A stretch of DNA of 64,000 bases from the NCBI GenBank assembly GCA_964016885.1, contig OZ024741.1, positions 384,648,001-384,712,000 on the forward strand. Direction: 5' to 3'. The notes beneath the pieces were generated by a model. That model was not told where the DNA came from and did no database searches. It saw only the letters and a list, made by a program, of their open reading frames with translations. Made by a program: the position numbers and the translations under genes. Numbering within the stretch: position 1 is the stretch's first letter; the number at the start of each line of letters is the position of its first letter. Shown here piece after piece: positions 13,191-25,885 of the stretch. The stretch comes from Eledone cirrhosa. Taxonomy: Eukaryota.

Positions 13191-15640
13191 CAGGTGCGCA
13201 GGGTTACTGGATTAAAAAGATAACGTCTCTCCAACTGATACTGGCAACCATGTTCAATGACTGCTTGGTGTCGGATGAAGTACCGCAGCGGTTGACAAAA
13301 GGTCCAAACCAAGGTAAATGACGTTACCAACTATAGGCCTATCATATGTCTGTCCTTTGTATGGAAATTACTAACAAGCATTATGTCTGAGGAAATCTAC
13401 CACCACCTCGATATAAACAACATATTGCCGGAAGAAGAGAAAGGATGCCGAAAGAAGTCCTGTGGTACAAAGGACCAGTTACTTATCGACAAGATAATGA
13501 TTTTTAGTATAAGCACAAGGCTAGTAATTTAGGGAGGAGGAAAAGTCGAAAAAATCGACCCCAGTACGTTACTGGTGCTTTATTTTATCGACCCCATAAG
13601 GATGAAAGGCAAAGTTAACATCGGCGGGATTTGAACTCAAACCGTAAAGGACCGTAACTCTATGCTGCGAAGCATGATGTCCGACTCTCTACTGGTACTG
13701 CCAATCCACCGCCCTTACTTATCGACAAGATAATAGTAAGGAACTGCAAGAGGAGACACACTGGCATTGCCATGGGATGGTCAGACTACAAGAAGGCATT
13801 CAACATGGTTCCTCATTCTTGGATAACCAAGTATCTAGATATATTTAAGGTGGTCGACATCGGACTGCTATTAAGTAATAGCATGGAGAACCGGAAGACA
13901 GAGTTAACATCGGGGAAAACTCCTTGGGAAGAATGAAAATTAAGAGAGGTATCTTCCAAGGAGATAGTTTGTCCCTTTTGTTGTTTGTCCTTACCCTCAT
14001 ACCCTTGTCCCTCATATTGCGAAAAGGGAAAGCAGGATACAAGCTGGGAAGAGGAGAGCTTACCATCAACTACCTCCTCTTCATGGAAGATTAAGTGAAA
14101 ATTAAGAGAGGCATCTTCGAAGGAGATAGTCAATTCCCTTTATTGTTTGTCCTTACCCTCATACCCCTGTCCCTCGTATTGCGAAGAGTGAAGGCTGGAT
14201 GCCAACTGGGAAAAGGAGAACTTACCATCAATCACCTCCTTTCCATGGATGACCTAAAACTCTTCGGGAAGAACGAGAAGGAGCTAGGTATACTCGCTAA
14301 TTCTGTTTGTTTTTTCAGGAATGACATTTGTATAGAATTTGGTATTCATAAATGTGGAGTCCTAGTGATGAAAGGAGGCAAATTGAAAAGAAGCAAAGGA
14401 ATCGAGATACCAACGGGTGAGATGATAAAGGAGATTGACACTGAGGAAGGATATTGGTATTTAGGTGCCTTGAAAGCAGATAACACCAGAGACAAAAAAA
14501 AAAACGAAGGAGAGGATAAGCTCTGAATACATAAAGAGAGTGAGAAATGTACTGAAATTACACCTGAATAGTAGGAATGTCATAAGTGTTATACATTCCC
14601 GAGCTGTGTCCATTATTTGGTATAGTGCGGGAATTCTTAAGTAGAGGGATGTTGATAGACTGTACTTAAGGAGAGCTGAAGGTGGGAGAGGTCTTATCAG
14701 CGTGGAGGACTGTGTTCAGATGGAGAAAAGCGGTTTGCATAAGTAAGTGTCCGTGAGTAACGAGCCAATGCTTAAGGCTGTATTGAAGGAGCAGACAATA
14801 GACCAGGGGATGTCCGAGAAGGAAGTAATAATGAGGAGGAAGGACAACCTGAATGAAAAAGCTCTCCAGGACGTCTTCTGTAAGAAAACAGTATTCAGAC
14901 ATCCGCAGACATAGGACTGGTTAAAAAAAATGGACCTCAACAAAACTACTGAGAGAATGCTACTGGCTTGCACATGAGCAGGCCCTTAGAATGGTTAGAA
15001 GAACTTAAACAAACAACAGTTTGACCACTAAAGGGAGAACCAGTCATTTCAGCTAGGGATATGAAGGAAGCCAGAAAAAAGATGAGTAACTGGAAGTCTA
15101 CAGGACTAGATGGAGTTCAATTCTACTGAATCAAAAGATTTAGTCAATGCCATAGATGAATAACAGAACAACTCACCACATTACTAAATGCTGATCAAGT
15201 GTTACCGGAGTGGCTGACAAAGAGCATGGCACTTTTGTGCTTAAAAGATATCACTAAAAGGAATGTGGTAGACAACTATAGACCGATAACATGGCTACCA
15301 CTTATGATTGACTGATATAATCGCAGAATCAATGTACGAACATCTTGAAGAAAATGGAGTTCTACCAGATGAGCAGAAAAGGTGCAAGCATAAGTGCAGA
15401 GGTACAAAGAACCAGCTTTTGATAGATGAAACAATACTTGAGGACAGCGAGAGGAGGAAAACAAACTTGACCATGGCAAAATTAAAAGCATTGAGGGGTT
15501 GGTCCTGTCATCAGGAAAGGTTATGAAGCAAATAGAAGAGGAAGGTTATAAGTACTTAGGGATATTGGAAGTTGATAAGATAATGCAGGAGGAAAGGAAA
15601 GAAAAATTTAAGGTGGAATACATGTGCAGACTAAGACTTA
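13190..15640 (+). mobile_element. Fragmented R4/Dong-type LINE RT pieces (at least two copies)
   Basis: NYRPI, KGCRK..GTKDQLLIDK, DYKKAF, IKRGIFQGDSL and MDDLKL. There is an internal ~160-bp duplication (13934/14095), and a second RT start at ~15040. Confidence 0.8.
13499..13714 (-). mobile_element. Full-length tRNA-derived SINE with a 20-bp target-site duplication
   Basis: TTACTTATCGACAAGATAAT occurs at both 13479-13498 and 13715-13734, flanking the SINE inside LINE RT sequence. Confidence 0.9.
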
Positions 15641-16206
15641 TTAATAGTAATAAACACCGTTATAGATAACAATGATGCTACCATCCCCTGAGATATAAAT
15701 AAGGAGTTCATACAAATAGAGCGTTACAAGACAAGAAGGATTGAAGGTATTTTAGCTTATTGTAAGTTGCTACAACGCCAGTTTAACTATAAAATAATTG
15801 AACAGGTGCTCTAAAGTTTGACATTGTTGCTATCATCCGGCATGCGGGGGATGCGAGTGTGATTCCCGCAGACGACTCTGTCCACTTTTACCGATTACAA
15901 AAGTATATATGTTCCTTTGTTCGACTATTTTATACTTAAATCTGCTATCGGAGCGGAGCTTGCTGTCCACAGGTGCGAGCCCTGTGGGATAGAGCAGTTG
16001 TTCCAGCGCAACTCCCTCGGCATCCTCTGGGACAATGTCTTCTCCAACCTGTCGCCCGGGACCACAATGCGGACTGGCCCTTAACTTTCATTTATGGTGG
16101 TGACATGGGAACTAGATTTACTTCGATAAGCATAATTATAGATATATGTAGTGTATGTGATTCGGTGAATTACTGGTGGTGGTAGTCGATGCACAAGCAG
16201 AGTACA

Positions 16207-16489
16207 TCTATATAATACTAAAAGTCTGTGATTGCTTGCTTTTCTGTAATGTAATACAGCCAAAAGGAAGTTGACCCTGAAATGGGAATACAAATGGAAT
16301 AAAACAAGTTTCGCGTAAATCGGAGCATGGGTTCCCGAGATATGGGGTTTTTCCGGGTACCTTCATACACAGAGAGAGAGAGAGAGAAAGAGATAGTGGT
16401 TGTGAAAGAGTAGATTGAAAGAGAGACATAGAGAGAGAGTGAGGTGACAGAGAAGGAGAATGGAAGAAAGAGAGAGCTGGTGGTGCTGT

Positions 16490-16545
<56 letters not shown>

Positions 16546-16779
16546 TGTGTGTGTATATATGTGTGTGTGTGTCTATGATCAGTGTATATAGATCACAGAC
16601 ACCCACATATATATATATATATATACATACACGTATATATATGGGCCTTCCAGTTTCATTTCACATTATATACATGTTTGTGTATATTTTAATTATTTAA
16701 AAATTGTTTTTAAGTGAATATGATTTTTTTTTTTTATATTTTCAAGTGAACGTGACCCAACGGGTCACTGGTGGTCTGG
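16207..16779 (+). mobile_element. Non-autonomous Helitron
   Basis: 5' end is A|TCTATATAATAC. The 3' end has the hairpin GTGACCC-AAC-GGGTCAC (16752-16768) followed by CTGG|T. A related copy lies at ~60300-60665. Confidence 0.7.
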
Positions 16780-16785
16780 TATATT

Positions 16786-16865
16786 AAGAAAAACGATGAA
16801 GTTTCTTTTACATGTAGTTAGTTTTAAAAAAACTTACATTTAAAAGAAACTTCATCGTTTTTCTT
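16786..16865. repeat. Hairpin with 25-bp perfect arms
   Basis: AAGAAAAACGATGAAGTTTCTTTTA ... TAAAAGAAACTTCATCGTTTTTCTT. Confidence 0.85.
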
Positions 16866-16939
16866 CATATATATATATATATATATATATACTGACCTAG
16901 TCAATACTTAACTGGAGCCACTGTATGACATATCTCTTT

Positions 16940-16991
16940 ATACTTGTGTGTGTGTATTTATGCATGTGTGTGCTATAATGTATATGTAGAT

Positions 16992-17056
<65 letters not shown>

Positions 17057-17203
17057 CTATTATGTGCCTGAAGATACATATGTGTGAATGCGTGTGTGTT
17101 TGTTTGTGTTTGTGCATGTGTGTGTGTGCTATAATGTATCTGTAGATACATGTGTGTGTGTGTATTTATGCATGTGTGTGTGTGCTATAATGTATCTGTA
17201 GAT

Positions 17204-17270
<67 letters not shown>

Positions 17271-17480
17271 ATTATGTGCCTGAAGATACATATGTGTGAA
17301 TGCGTGTGTGTGTGTGTGTTTGTGTTTGTGCATGTGTGTCTGCTATAATGTATCTGTAGATACATGTGTGTGCGTGAATATATGTGTGTGTGTGTATTTA
17401 TGCATGTGTATATGATATTATGTGCCTGAAAATACATATGTGTGAATGTGTGTATGTGTGTGTATGTGTGTGTATGTGTA
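16940..17480. repeat. (GT)n-rich tandem repeat, about three diverged units of ~190-230 bp
   Basis: Recurring 'gtgtatttatgcatgtgtgtg..ctataatgtatctgtagatac' and 'tattatgtgcctgaagatacatatgtgtgaatg'. Confidence 0.75.
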
Positions 17481-17758
17481 TAGTTAATGATGTGTAGTGT
17501 ATATGTTTATGAATGTGTAGCTACTATACATTTAAAAGTCAAGTAAGTCTCTGTCAGACCGTCTATGCTTTTGTAATAAAATATTTTTGTCACCATGGTA
17601 ACAGAAATGTTTCATTTCAAGAAGCTCTTTAACCAATAGAAATAAATATTCTTAATTCATCTTAGTCACTATATAATGTGAATTTGCTTTTGTTTCGAAA
17701 TTCGATATTTCCCGAATATATTTGCTATATTTTTTTCCTTGTTTTTAATCCAAATGTA

Positions 17759-17810
<52 letters not shown>

Positions 17811-17984
17811 GGACCTCCGTAGTCCTGACTATAAATGTTCTAGTTGTTTCAACAGCGGAAGAACTTGCTTGTGAAACTAATGAGCAAATATCTAATCACA
17901 GACACGTGTACCCCGGACGTAGATCTCATATATTAAATCGTATGAGTTACACACGAAGTCATTTTTTTTTTTTTTATTCTGATA

Positions 17985-18530
17985 ACAATTCCTTCTTTGA
18001 AGTGACATTCGGGACCTATATAGTGTCCATGGGAACTATATTGGTCAAACAAGTTTGACACTCAGACCATGGATGACAGTACACCATCAACAAATAAGGG
18101 AATCGTACATCATCAGAATTCCTCTTAGTCAACATATAGAAAGTTACGGAGGGCAAACGTTGATAAATTTCGATGTTTTCCTATACTGTCAATGCAGCTA
18201 TTCTGTATCGGAAGAACAACGCCTTAACAATGAAATATATTTTATAACTAAATACAAACCAAAACTAAATTCGTTGTTCATATAATTCATAAATCCATAG
18301 TTGCGTCCCTTGTCATAAGTGACGACGAGGACATATTAGAAAAAATGTAAACGGCAAATAACACATGGGAGATATATCCAGCTCGGCATGGAGCAACATG
18401 TGGAAAATATATCCAACACCGACACGAATCAAAATGAAACTTTGAAAGGTTACTCAGAGCGAAACCGGTTAGTACAAAAACTAATTAGATAATCATGACT
18501 ATTTCTGAAAATGCATATTTAAAAACAATA
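17985..18530 (+). mobile_element. PLE 3' remnant (GIY-YIG C-terminus and decayed pLTR)
   Basis: ORF 18055-18285 reads LRPWMTVHHQQIR...EIYFITKYKPKLN, typical of PLE GIY-YIG ends. A decayed HHR-like 'GAAACCGGTT' lies at 18461. Confidence 0.6.
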
Positions 18531-18639
18531 ACTATAATTTATGTTGATGAATAATTTCTTTTCGTTGTGTTGCTGTGTTTATAGAATTTCGCGTGTTTAT
18601 AGAATCATTAGGTGCATTTTTAAATGTTTATTATTATTA

Positions 18640-19940
18640 TTGTTATGCTATTTCGTTTAGCTCAGTTCTGTTTCTCTATTGCCGGGTTCAGGCCTTGAAC
18701 CTAGGGCAAAAGATGTCTTTGTTGTAGAGAGAGAACTTATCTGAGAACGTGTGCTGTTCCTAGTAGTCCGATCTTCTGTAGCTCATATTTGCTGTTCTTA
18801 CAGGGAATGACGCTAAGGTGCAGGTCTGAGGATTTGGGTATTAACCCTAATGCTCCTATTACCACAGGGATAGTATTTATGATCATCCTCCACATGCGGT
18901 TGATCTCTATTTCCAGGTCTTTGTATTTTGACAGTTTTTCCATTGTTTTTATAGATTTATTCTTGTCAGCTGGTACGGAAATATCTATAAGACTACATGT
19001 CTGATCTGTTTTGTTTTTTATGATGGTATCTGGTCTGTAGGCAGTGATTTCTCGGTCGGTTATCACAGGCATATCCCACAAGATGGAGATGTTGCCCTTT
19101 TCCATTACTGTTTTTGGTTGATGTTCATACCATTTATTAGAAGTTTGGATTTCATGAGAGCGGCAGAGCATCCAGTGCACAATGCGGTTGTGTCTTTCGA
19201 TATAGTCAGTTTTTGCCAGCTCTGGATACCCGGAGATAACATGATCTACTGTTTCTTCATATTTGTAGAATATATTCTGCATAGAGGGCTAGTCCCATCT
19301 TTCACTATTCTGTGTCTATAGGCCCGAGTGTTTAGAGATTGGTCTTGTGCAGCAACTAAGAGTCCTCCAGTCTCTCCTTTCAAACCAGCACTTCTGAACC
19401 AGGATTGCGAGCCATGCTGATCGATATCATTGTCAGAATGTCGTTTTGGGAATCTACCATGTAGTGGTTTTGCCTTCCATTCACGGCTTAGTTCTTCTGT
19501 TTGGAGTTTCTTTACTTTTATCTTCGCAGTCATAGTTAGCTATGCAGCACTCTGTTGTTAATTTTCTATGGCTATGTCTTGTTCCATGTTCAGTTTTTGC
19601 CTAAATGTTCTTGCCTCTTTTGTTAGTGAGTGTAGTTTCATAATTCGTTCATGCTTGAGTACAGGCTTAAGGAGTTAATCTCGGGTGTGGTGGAGGTAGC
19701 TATCCAATCCAATGGTTGCTGTTTTGTATGTAGCTTCCAGTTGTCGGAGCCCCCTTCCATCTTCTCTTTATGCAGCTTCCAGTGGTCGGAGCCCCTTTCA
19801 CCTTCTCTCCTTGAGATATACAGCCTATGTACATCGGCCTTAGAGTGATGCATTTTTCCGTTGTCAATAGTTTCCTTGTCTTAGTGTCCAACCTTTGTAG
19901 TTCTTGCAGGATCAAGTAAGAAGGCCTGCACTCCAATAAA
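18640..19940 (-). mobile_element. R4/Dong-type LINE 3' fragment
   Basis: KPLHGRF, GETGGLLVAAQDQSL, ETVDHVISG, RHN and LWDMPVITDREITAYRPD..KYKDL. Confidence 0.85.
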
Positions 19941-20363
19941 GCTGGGATTGGTTAAGCTGGTTTGCCTTTAAGTATGTTGTTGTAAGGTGGAGTTTTGTGT
20001 GATGTCCTCTGAATCCCTCTGCGAGGTCGTTCCAAATTATCGAGAGCCTTTCTTGTACTTTTTCCCGTTTTGGGAACTTGTAAGTAATAAAATTATGGTA
20101 TTATTTAGTAGTATAGTTTAGATGAAGCTTTGTGACATTTGAAGTTAAAATCGTTATAGGGAAGCCAGTACAATGCAAGTAAAATATACTAGTGATAACA
20201 AGAGTAAAGTAAGACAATACAAAACAACAGTTTACACTTTTGCTCTAGATTTCAGATTTCGTAGTAAATATTCCTTTATCAAAAGAAAAATTAAATGGAG
20301 TGTGATAGTGGTAGTAGTGAGCTGGCCTCCTGAAACAATTATAACTAAATCATTATTATTAAT

Positions 20364-20560
20364 GGATTTGGCAGAATCGTTAGAGCATCAATCAAGATGT
20401 TTTGTGTCATTTCTCTGACCCTTTACGTTCTGATTTCAAATCTGAGGTTAGCTTTGCCTTTCACTCTTACGGGGTCGGTAAAATAAAGTACCAATAACTG
20501 GGCTCGATTTAACCGACGTTCCTTTACCTTCAATTGCTGGCCTTGTACTAATTATAGAAA
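20364..20560 (+). mobile_element. tRNA-derived SINE
   Basis: 'ttggcagaatcgttag...tttgcctttcactcttacggggtcggtaaaataaagtacca'. Confidence 0.75.
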
Positions 20561-20818
20561 CAATTGTTGTTAATGTTATTGTTGTTGTCACCATCATCAC
20601 CAACATTATCATTATTCTTATTATGATAGTAATTATCCTTATATATATTTTTTTTTTCAATAAGACATTCCTCATGAAGAGACAATAGGAAAAGTATGAC
20701 GACTTAATAAATGAAGTCGGCCATCAATTGCCTTGTCGCCTGCTGATATCTAAAGAGCTGTATAGAAAAAAGAAAAAGTGAGAAAGGATAAAAAGAAAAA
20801 AAGGAAAAATTGAAGGAA

Positions 20819-21008
20819 ATAATTGTTTCTACTTTTGGCACAAGGCCAGCAATTACCCAGTACATTACTGGTACTTTATTTTATCGACCCCGTAAGGATG
20901 AAAGGCAAAGTTAACCTCGGCGGGATTTGAACTCAGAATGGCAAGGGCCGTAACTCTATGCGTCAAAGCATGGCGTCCAACCCTCTACCGATACTGCCAA
21001 TTCACCGA
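20819..21008 (-). mobile_element. tRNA-derived SINE
   Basis: Same family core as 2697-2890. Confidence 0.85.
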
Positions 21009-21204
21009 AATAATGAAACAAAAGGAAATAATGAAACAAAAAATAGCTGGGCAATGATAAAGAAAGTATATCAATGTCAAAATTTGTTTGTAACGTCTTG
21101 TTTAGCCTTGAGCCTTGTTTCTCTGATGATTAAATATCTCTTGTATGATGTTGGCACAAAAACAGAAATATGGCTGTTTGTTTCTTCCTTTAATAACAAC
21201 AATA

Positions 21205-21276
<72 letters not shown>

Positions 21277-21539
21277 GTAATGGTAATAATATAAAGTAAC
21301 GACAGTCAGTCGGGGAAAATAGAAGACTGACAAATGTAGTAAAGAAACGTGGATATAAACAAGACTGTTTTTTCTATAATAAAGTGGAGTTGAGCAGCGT
21401 GAAGTAAAGTGTCTTGTTCAAGAACACAACGCGTCGCCAAGGATCGAACTCACGATCGTAAGCAAAACAATCTAACCATTCAATCATGCGCCTTCTCAAG
21501 ATGTAATATAATATTCAGTGAAATTGTTATCCTTTCCAA

Positions 21540-21700
21540 CATGGCGAATTGGCAGTTATTAGAATGTTGGATAGAATAATGTGCAGTAATTGCTCCCACT
21601 TTCTGCTCTCTCACTTCAAATCCTGTCGAGGTCAACTTTGTTTTTCATTCATTCAAGGTCGATAAAAAAAATGACCCAGTATAGTACTGGGGTCGATTCT
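21540..21700 (+). mobile_element. Diverged tRNA-derived SINE
   Basis: 'ggcgaattggcag...ttcaaatcctgtcgaggtcaactttgtttttcattc...gtcgataaaa'. Confidence 0.6.
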
Positions 21701-23570
21701 TCCTCAATATCACTTTCTCACTTCCATTCTCTAACTTTCTATCCTTCTCTGGAAGAAATCTGCAGTATTCAGACCTGGAGAGGAGATGTGCTCCACCAGG
21801 TTTTTTAAATGCCCTAGAAACGCCGCATGTCAATACGGCGCCCCAACAATTCCCTCAAGAGTTACGGGGACATGCATGCTTGTTATCCTTGCCGTGGATA
21901 GGAACCAATTGGGAAAATGAAAATTCATTTGCTAAGTGCCCAACATCTTTTACGTTTTGAATTTCCCCCCTTATGGAAGCCAAAGACGATGTCAATAGAA
22001 GGCGTTGTACACAGAACAATACGTGTATCTGTTGTTATTAATATTTATCCTAACCATAGCAAAGTATTCGATCGACAAGATTCCAGACCTCATTCGTTTA
22101 CCGAGTGAAGTGGAAACTCGTCAAATGGGACCAAAGAAACAATGTTTCCATTCGTCTTTCCATTGCTGATACAATCTACCAGTTGCAACTCCTGGCAAAC
22201 TAACCTTAGCAAAAGATGTAAGGAAGGTGTCAGTAATAATTTCAATGTTGTTATGTGTGAACCTGTGTTTATTTTGCACGCCAGCAGCTGTAGCAGCAGC
22301 AGCAGCAGTAGTAGTAGTAGTTGTTGTTGTTGTTGTTTTGTTACTGCTGCTGCTGTTGTTGGTGTTGTTTGGTAGAACAGACATATGATCAAAACACTCA
22401 AAACGAGACCTTCCCGTCTTTTCCTCTGGTATATTGTATCTAGGACTACATTATCCAATGTGCCCTCTTCTATGATGGTAGAAATATGTGGCTGCTATTT
22501 CTCGCAGCTCAAGCGATCATGCAGAGACACCATCATTAATTCTTACTGTGCTTCATGGCGTTGGTGTACGTGCGTGTATGTGTGTGCATATGTGTGTGTG
22601 TGTATGTGTGTGTGTGTGTGTGTCTGTGTGTGTGTGTGCGTGTGTGTGTGTGTGTGTGTGTGCCTAAATGTGTATGTATGTGTGCGCGCGTATGTGTGGG
22701 TGCTAGCATACGTAGTAATCTCATAAGAATCTTGTATATGAAAAATTCTCATTTACTTTTTTCATACACATTAAAAAATATATTGTGTATAATAAGAATA
22801 ATAAATACATGTCTTAATATATTCATTTTCATATATAGATATTAGTAAACAAATTCGTTTCAGATTATTTATACAATATATAATCATTAGTATTCAGTGG
22901 TGGGTGGTTGTAGTGTTTTGTCTTAGCGAGAGTCAACGCAACATATATAAAATATATATGTATAAGGTTTTAGGTAGATTCCTTAGATTTTCTTATTCCA
23001 TAATATTATTCACAGATCTTATTCTAGAAGAAAACATCTTTGAACTGAAAAATCCTGTTGATAATATTGTAATATAATCTTTCCTTTTTTTTTCTCTTCG
23101 AATATCCAATTATTCGTTTTTTATCTTGTTTTTCTTTTTGTTTTGTTTTGTTTTTGTTTTTGTTGCTTTTGTTTTTAGATATTCCAACCAGTTTGTTTGT
23201 GTTAAAATTGCTCTCACATTCAGTCGGAAAAACACATTGTTTTTTCAAAATAGTTTAGCATGGCAGCTTCAGTAAATATTTGATTCGAATTGGTTAAAAA
23301 CTAGGAAGTATATTGAGGTGTAAAAATTCAAATAAAAGAAAAGTGTCTGAAATCTCTGTTGTATATTTCCCACAAGTGTAATGGTGATAGACGCTACTAG
23401 CTTTTGAATTCCTACAAGTAAATATTTTAAGTTCTGATTACGGTATCCATTCCATAGAAAAAAATATAAATTGAGCTTTAACAGGAGAAATATTCGTTTC
23501 TAATATAGACACAAGGCCAGCAATTTTGAGGAGAAGGACAGTCGGTTACATTGTCTCCAGCACACAACTA

Positions 23571-23760
23571 CAGGGTGGCACACGAAAAGGTAGCCCAGGT
23601 TCTGTAGTATAGTATAATACAGAAATAAATTTACACACAAGAAAAAACATCCAGCCTTTCGTTTGCAAGTGTCATTCCGTTATTTCGAACGCTTGTAAAC
23701 TGCTGAACCAAGATGGCGCACTATTCGAATGTTTGCTACGTTATCCTCACTTACGACTTC
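23571..23760 (+). mobile_element. Tc1/mariner-like 5' remnant
   Basis: TA|CAGGGTGG terminus followed by non-coding sequence; no matching second TIR found. Confidence 0.4.
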
Positions 23761-24511
23761 CTCAGAAGGGACCATGAATACATACATACAAGTAAGAAAA
23801 TATATTTAAGTTCAAGTAGTATAGTAAAGCTTTTTATGAACAACACTGGGGAAAACTTGACAAGATGTTCTTGAGATGAAGTAATTTCGTTTTGTTTTTT
23901 TTACTTCTAAAACTTCAAGAATGTGCCAATATGGCTATTGCTTTTTCATATATATTTTTATCTGAATGGCATTTTGATATTTTCTTCACACAGTTAATTC
24001 TATAGGCATCAGAGATTAAATGGACCAATTCAACAAGATGCAGCCAGACACAACATGAACCAGGATCAGTATGTGTATGTGTGTCTGTCTGTCTCCCTCT
24101 GTGTGTGGTGGGGGGGGGTGCAAAAAGCAAACAGAATTAACAAATTAAATGACACTGTGCAATGAGATATATATTATTACTTATATATATATATATACAT
24201 ATAAACTCCAGAGTAACAAGACTCACTATTTAGCCTAAATATATATATATATATATATAAATGAAAGGTATAGAAAGTGTTGTAGCAAGAAGCCAACAGT
24301 ATTCCATAATATATAAGTGACTATAGCGTCAAAATGGGAAAATAGTTAACGTAAGATGTGGGAAAAATAATTCAAACTCAATTCAAAAAGAATCAGGATA
24401 TAGATTTATCCAACAGAATTTAGTGAAATCCAGGGAAAAATCAATAGAGCCTTAACTCATGATAAAATAAAGTTTAAAATACTCATCCTTCAATTTGGGA
24501 CAACTACAAAT

Positions 24512-24594
24512 GCTCTGTATAGTCTTGAAAAAGACTATTTCACGAAAACTTTCAGTGGAGATGGTCACGGTTGGAATACGATCATCAGCAGAGC
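24512..24594 (-). ncRNA. Type I hammerhead ribozyme motif with a long stem III
   Basis: Minus strand reads GCTCTG-CTGATGA-(40-nt stem II region)-GAAA-TAGTCTT-TTTC-AAGACTA-TA-CAGAGC. Stem I is 6 bp, stem III is 8 bp and the triplet is AUA. It lies in an ORF-less ~640-bp block between TA tracts. Confidence 0.75.
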
Positions 24595-24899
24595 TCAACA
24601 CGATAGCCAAATTCTCACTGATTAATATGCCAAAAAGGGAATTTAAAAGCAGGCTAATTTAACATCATGCGTGATTATGAAAATAAAACGCACATGTGGA
24701 AAAACAGGGCTGGTGACGTCAGAATGAGACGAATGTTTGTTTACATGAAACAACAGTCAAAAACATTCCGAAAAAAAAACTCTACAATAAGGAGTTCAGC
24801 AAAAAGTAATATTATCGCGTTTTTTTTGTTTTGTTTTTTTTAAATACCGGGATTAGTCACAAATAATTTAAGCACTCTAGGAAAGAAATCCGAGTATAA

Positions 24900-24970
<71 letters not shown>

Positions 24971-25139
24971 AGTACATCTACCAACATATGTGTACAGATG
25001 TACACCCATGCTAGCAAATATATATGTTATGTCTTAGTACTTTTGTGGTTCTATGCAGGGGGATGCAGAACAATTATATGAAAGACGTAAAATAAGAAAA
25101 TTTAAAAAATTAAAAATCAACTTACTTACTAAAATTTTC

Positions 25140-25221
25140 ACTCCAACTAATTAGTTTCTGTAAGGGGATAAATATAGTTACATAATATAACTATGGAGAA
25201 TTCCTTACGTCATCAGGGAGT
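25140..25221 (-). ncRNA. Type I hammerhead motif (left arm of the foldback)
   Basis: Reverse complement of the motif at 25392-25473. Confidence 0.75.
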
Positions 25222-25391
25222 CTATTCTCAGCTAAATTCCCAGGCGATGCGCGGACACCAGGAACCCATATAAAAATATTTTTCAGTGCTCTGGAATTTA
25301 GTCCTCGTTAGCTTTATCCCATCCACTGAATTATTATTTTTATATGGGTTCCTAGTGTCCGCACATCGCCTGGGAACTTAGCTGAGAATAG

Positions 25392-25473
25392 ACTCCCTGA
25401 TGACGTAAGGAATTCTCTATAGTTATATTATGTAACTATATTTATCCCCTTACAGAAACTAATTAGTTGGAGT
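25392..25473 (+). ncRNA. Type I hammerhead motif with a palindromic stem III
   Basis: ACTCC-CTGATGA-C-GTAAGG..TATAGTTA/TAACTATA..CCTTAC-A-GAAA-CTAATTAG-TT-GGAGT. Stem III is the palindrome ACTAATTAGT and the triplet is GUU. Confidence 0.75.
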
Positions 25474-25571
25474 GAAAATTTTAGTAAGTAAGTTGATTTT
25501 TAATAATTTTTAAAATTTTCTTATTTTACGTCTTTCATATATATATATATATATGAAAGACGTAAAATAAG

Positions 25572-25609
<38 letters not shown>

Positions 25610-25655
25610 GGCTAAATAGACTGTAGTATATATATTTTATTATTATTATTATTAA

Positions 25656-25842
25656 GGGCGGTGAATTGGCAGTATCGGTAGAGGGCTGGACGCCATGCTT
25701 TGATGCATAGAGTTACGGCTCTTGCCATTCTGAGTTCAAATCCCGCCTAGGTTAACTTTGCCTTTCATCCTTACGGGGTCGATAAAATAAAGTACCAGTA
25801 ATGCACTGGGATAATTGCTGGCCATAGCCAAAAGTAGAAACA

Positions 25843-25850
<8 letters not shown>
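25656..25850 (+). mobile_element. Full-length tRNA-derived SINE with a (TTA)n tail
   Basis: GGCGGTGAATTGGCAG head, GAGTTCAAATCCC B-box and the family core. Confidence 0.85.
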
Positions 25851-25875
<25 letters not shown>

Positions 25876-25885
25876 AAAAAAAAAA

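Larger units (their letters stand above)
25075..25541. repeat. Foldback element with ~213-bp inverted arms and a ~36-bp spacer
   Basis: 25075-25287 is the near-perfect reverse complement of 25324-25541. A further short inverted restart lies at 25551-25575. Confidence 0.95.

Noticed and set aside
18439-18473. Hammerhead-like TTGAAAG..GAAACCGGTT
   Set aside because: The core and stem II are too decayed to call; used only as weak support for a PLE remnant.
21121-21180. CTGATGA...GAAA
   Set aside because: No stem I, II or III pairing; a chance match.
22090-22458. Possible minus-strand host exon
   Set aside because: No recognisable protein similarity, and the ORF is extended by trinucleotide repeats.
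25656-25750. tRNA-like A/B boxes
   Set aside because: These are SINE heads with no complete cloverleaf, not tRNA genes.
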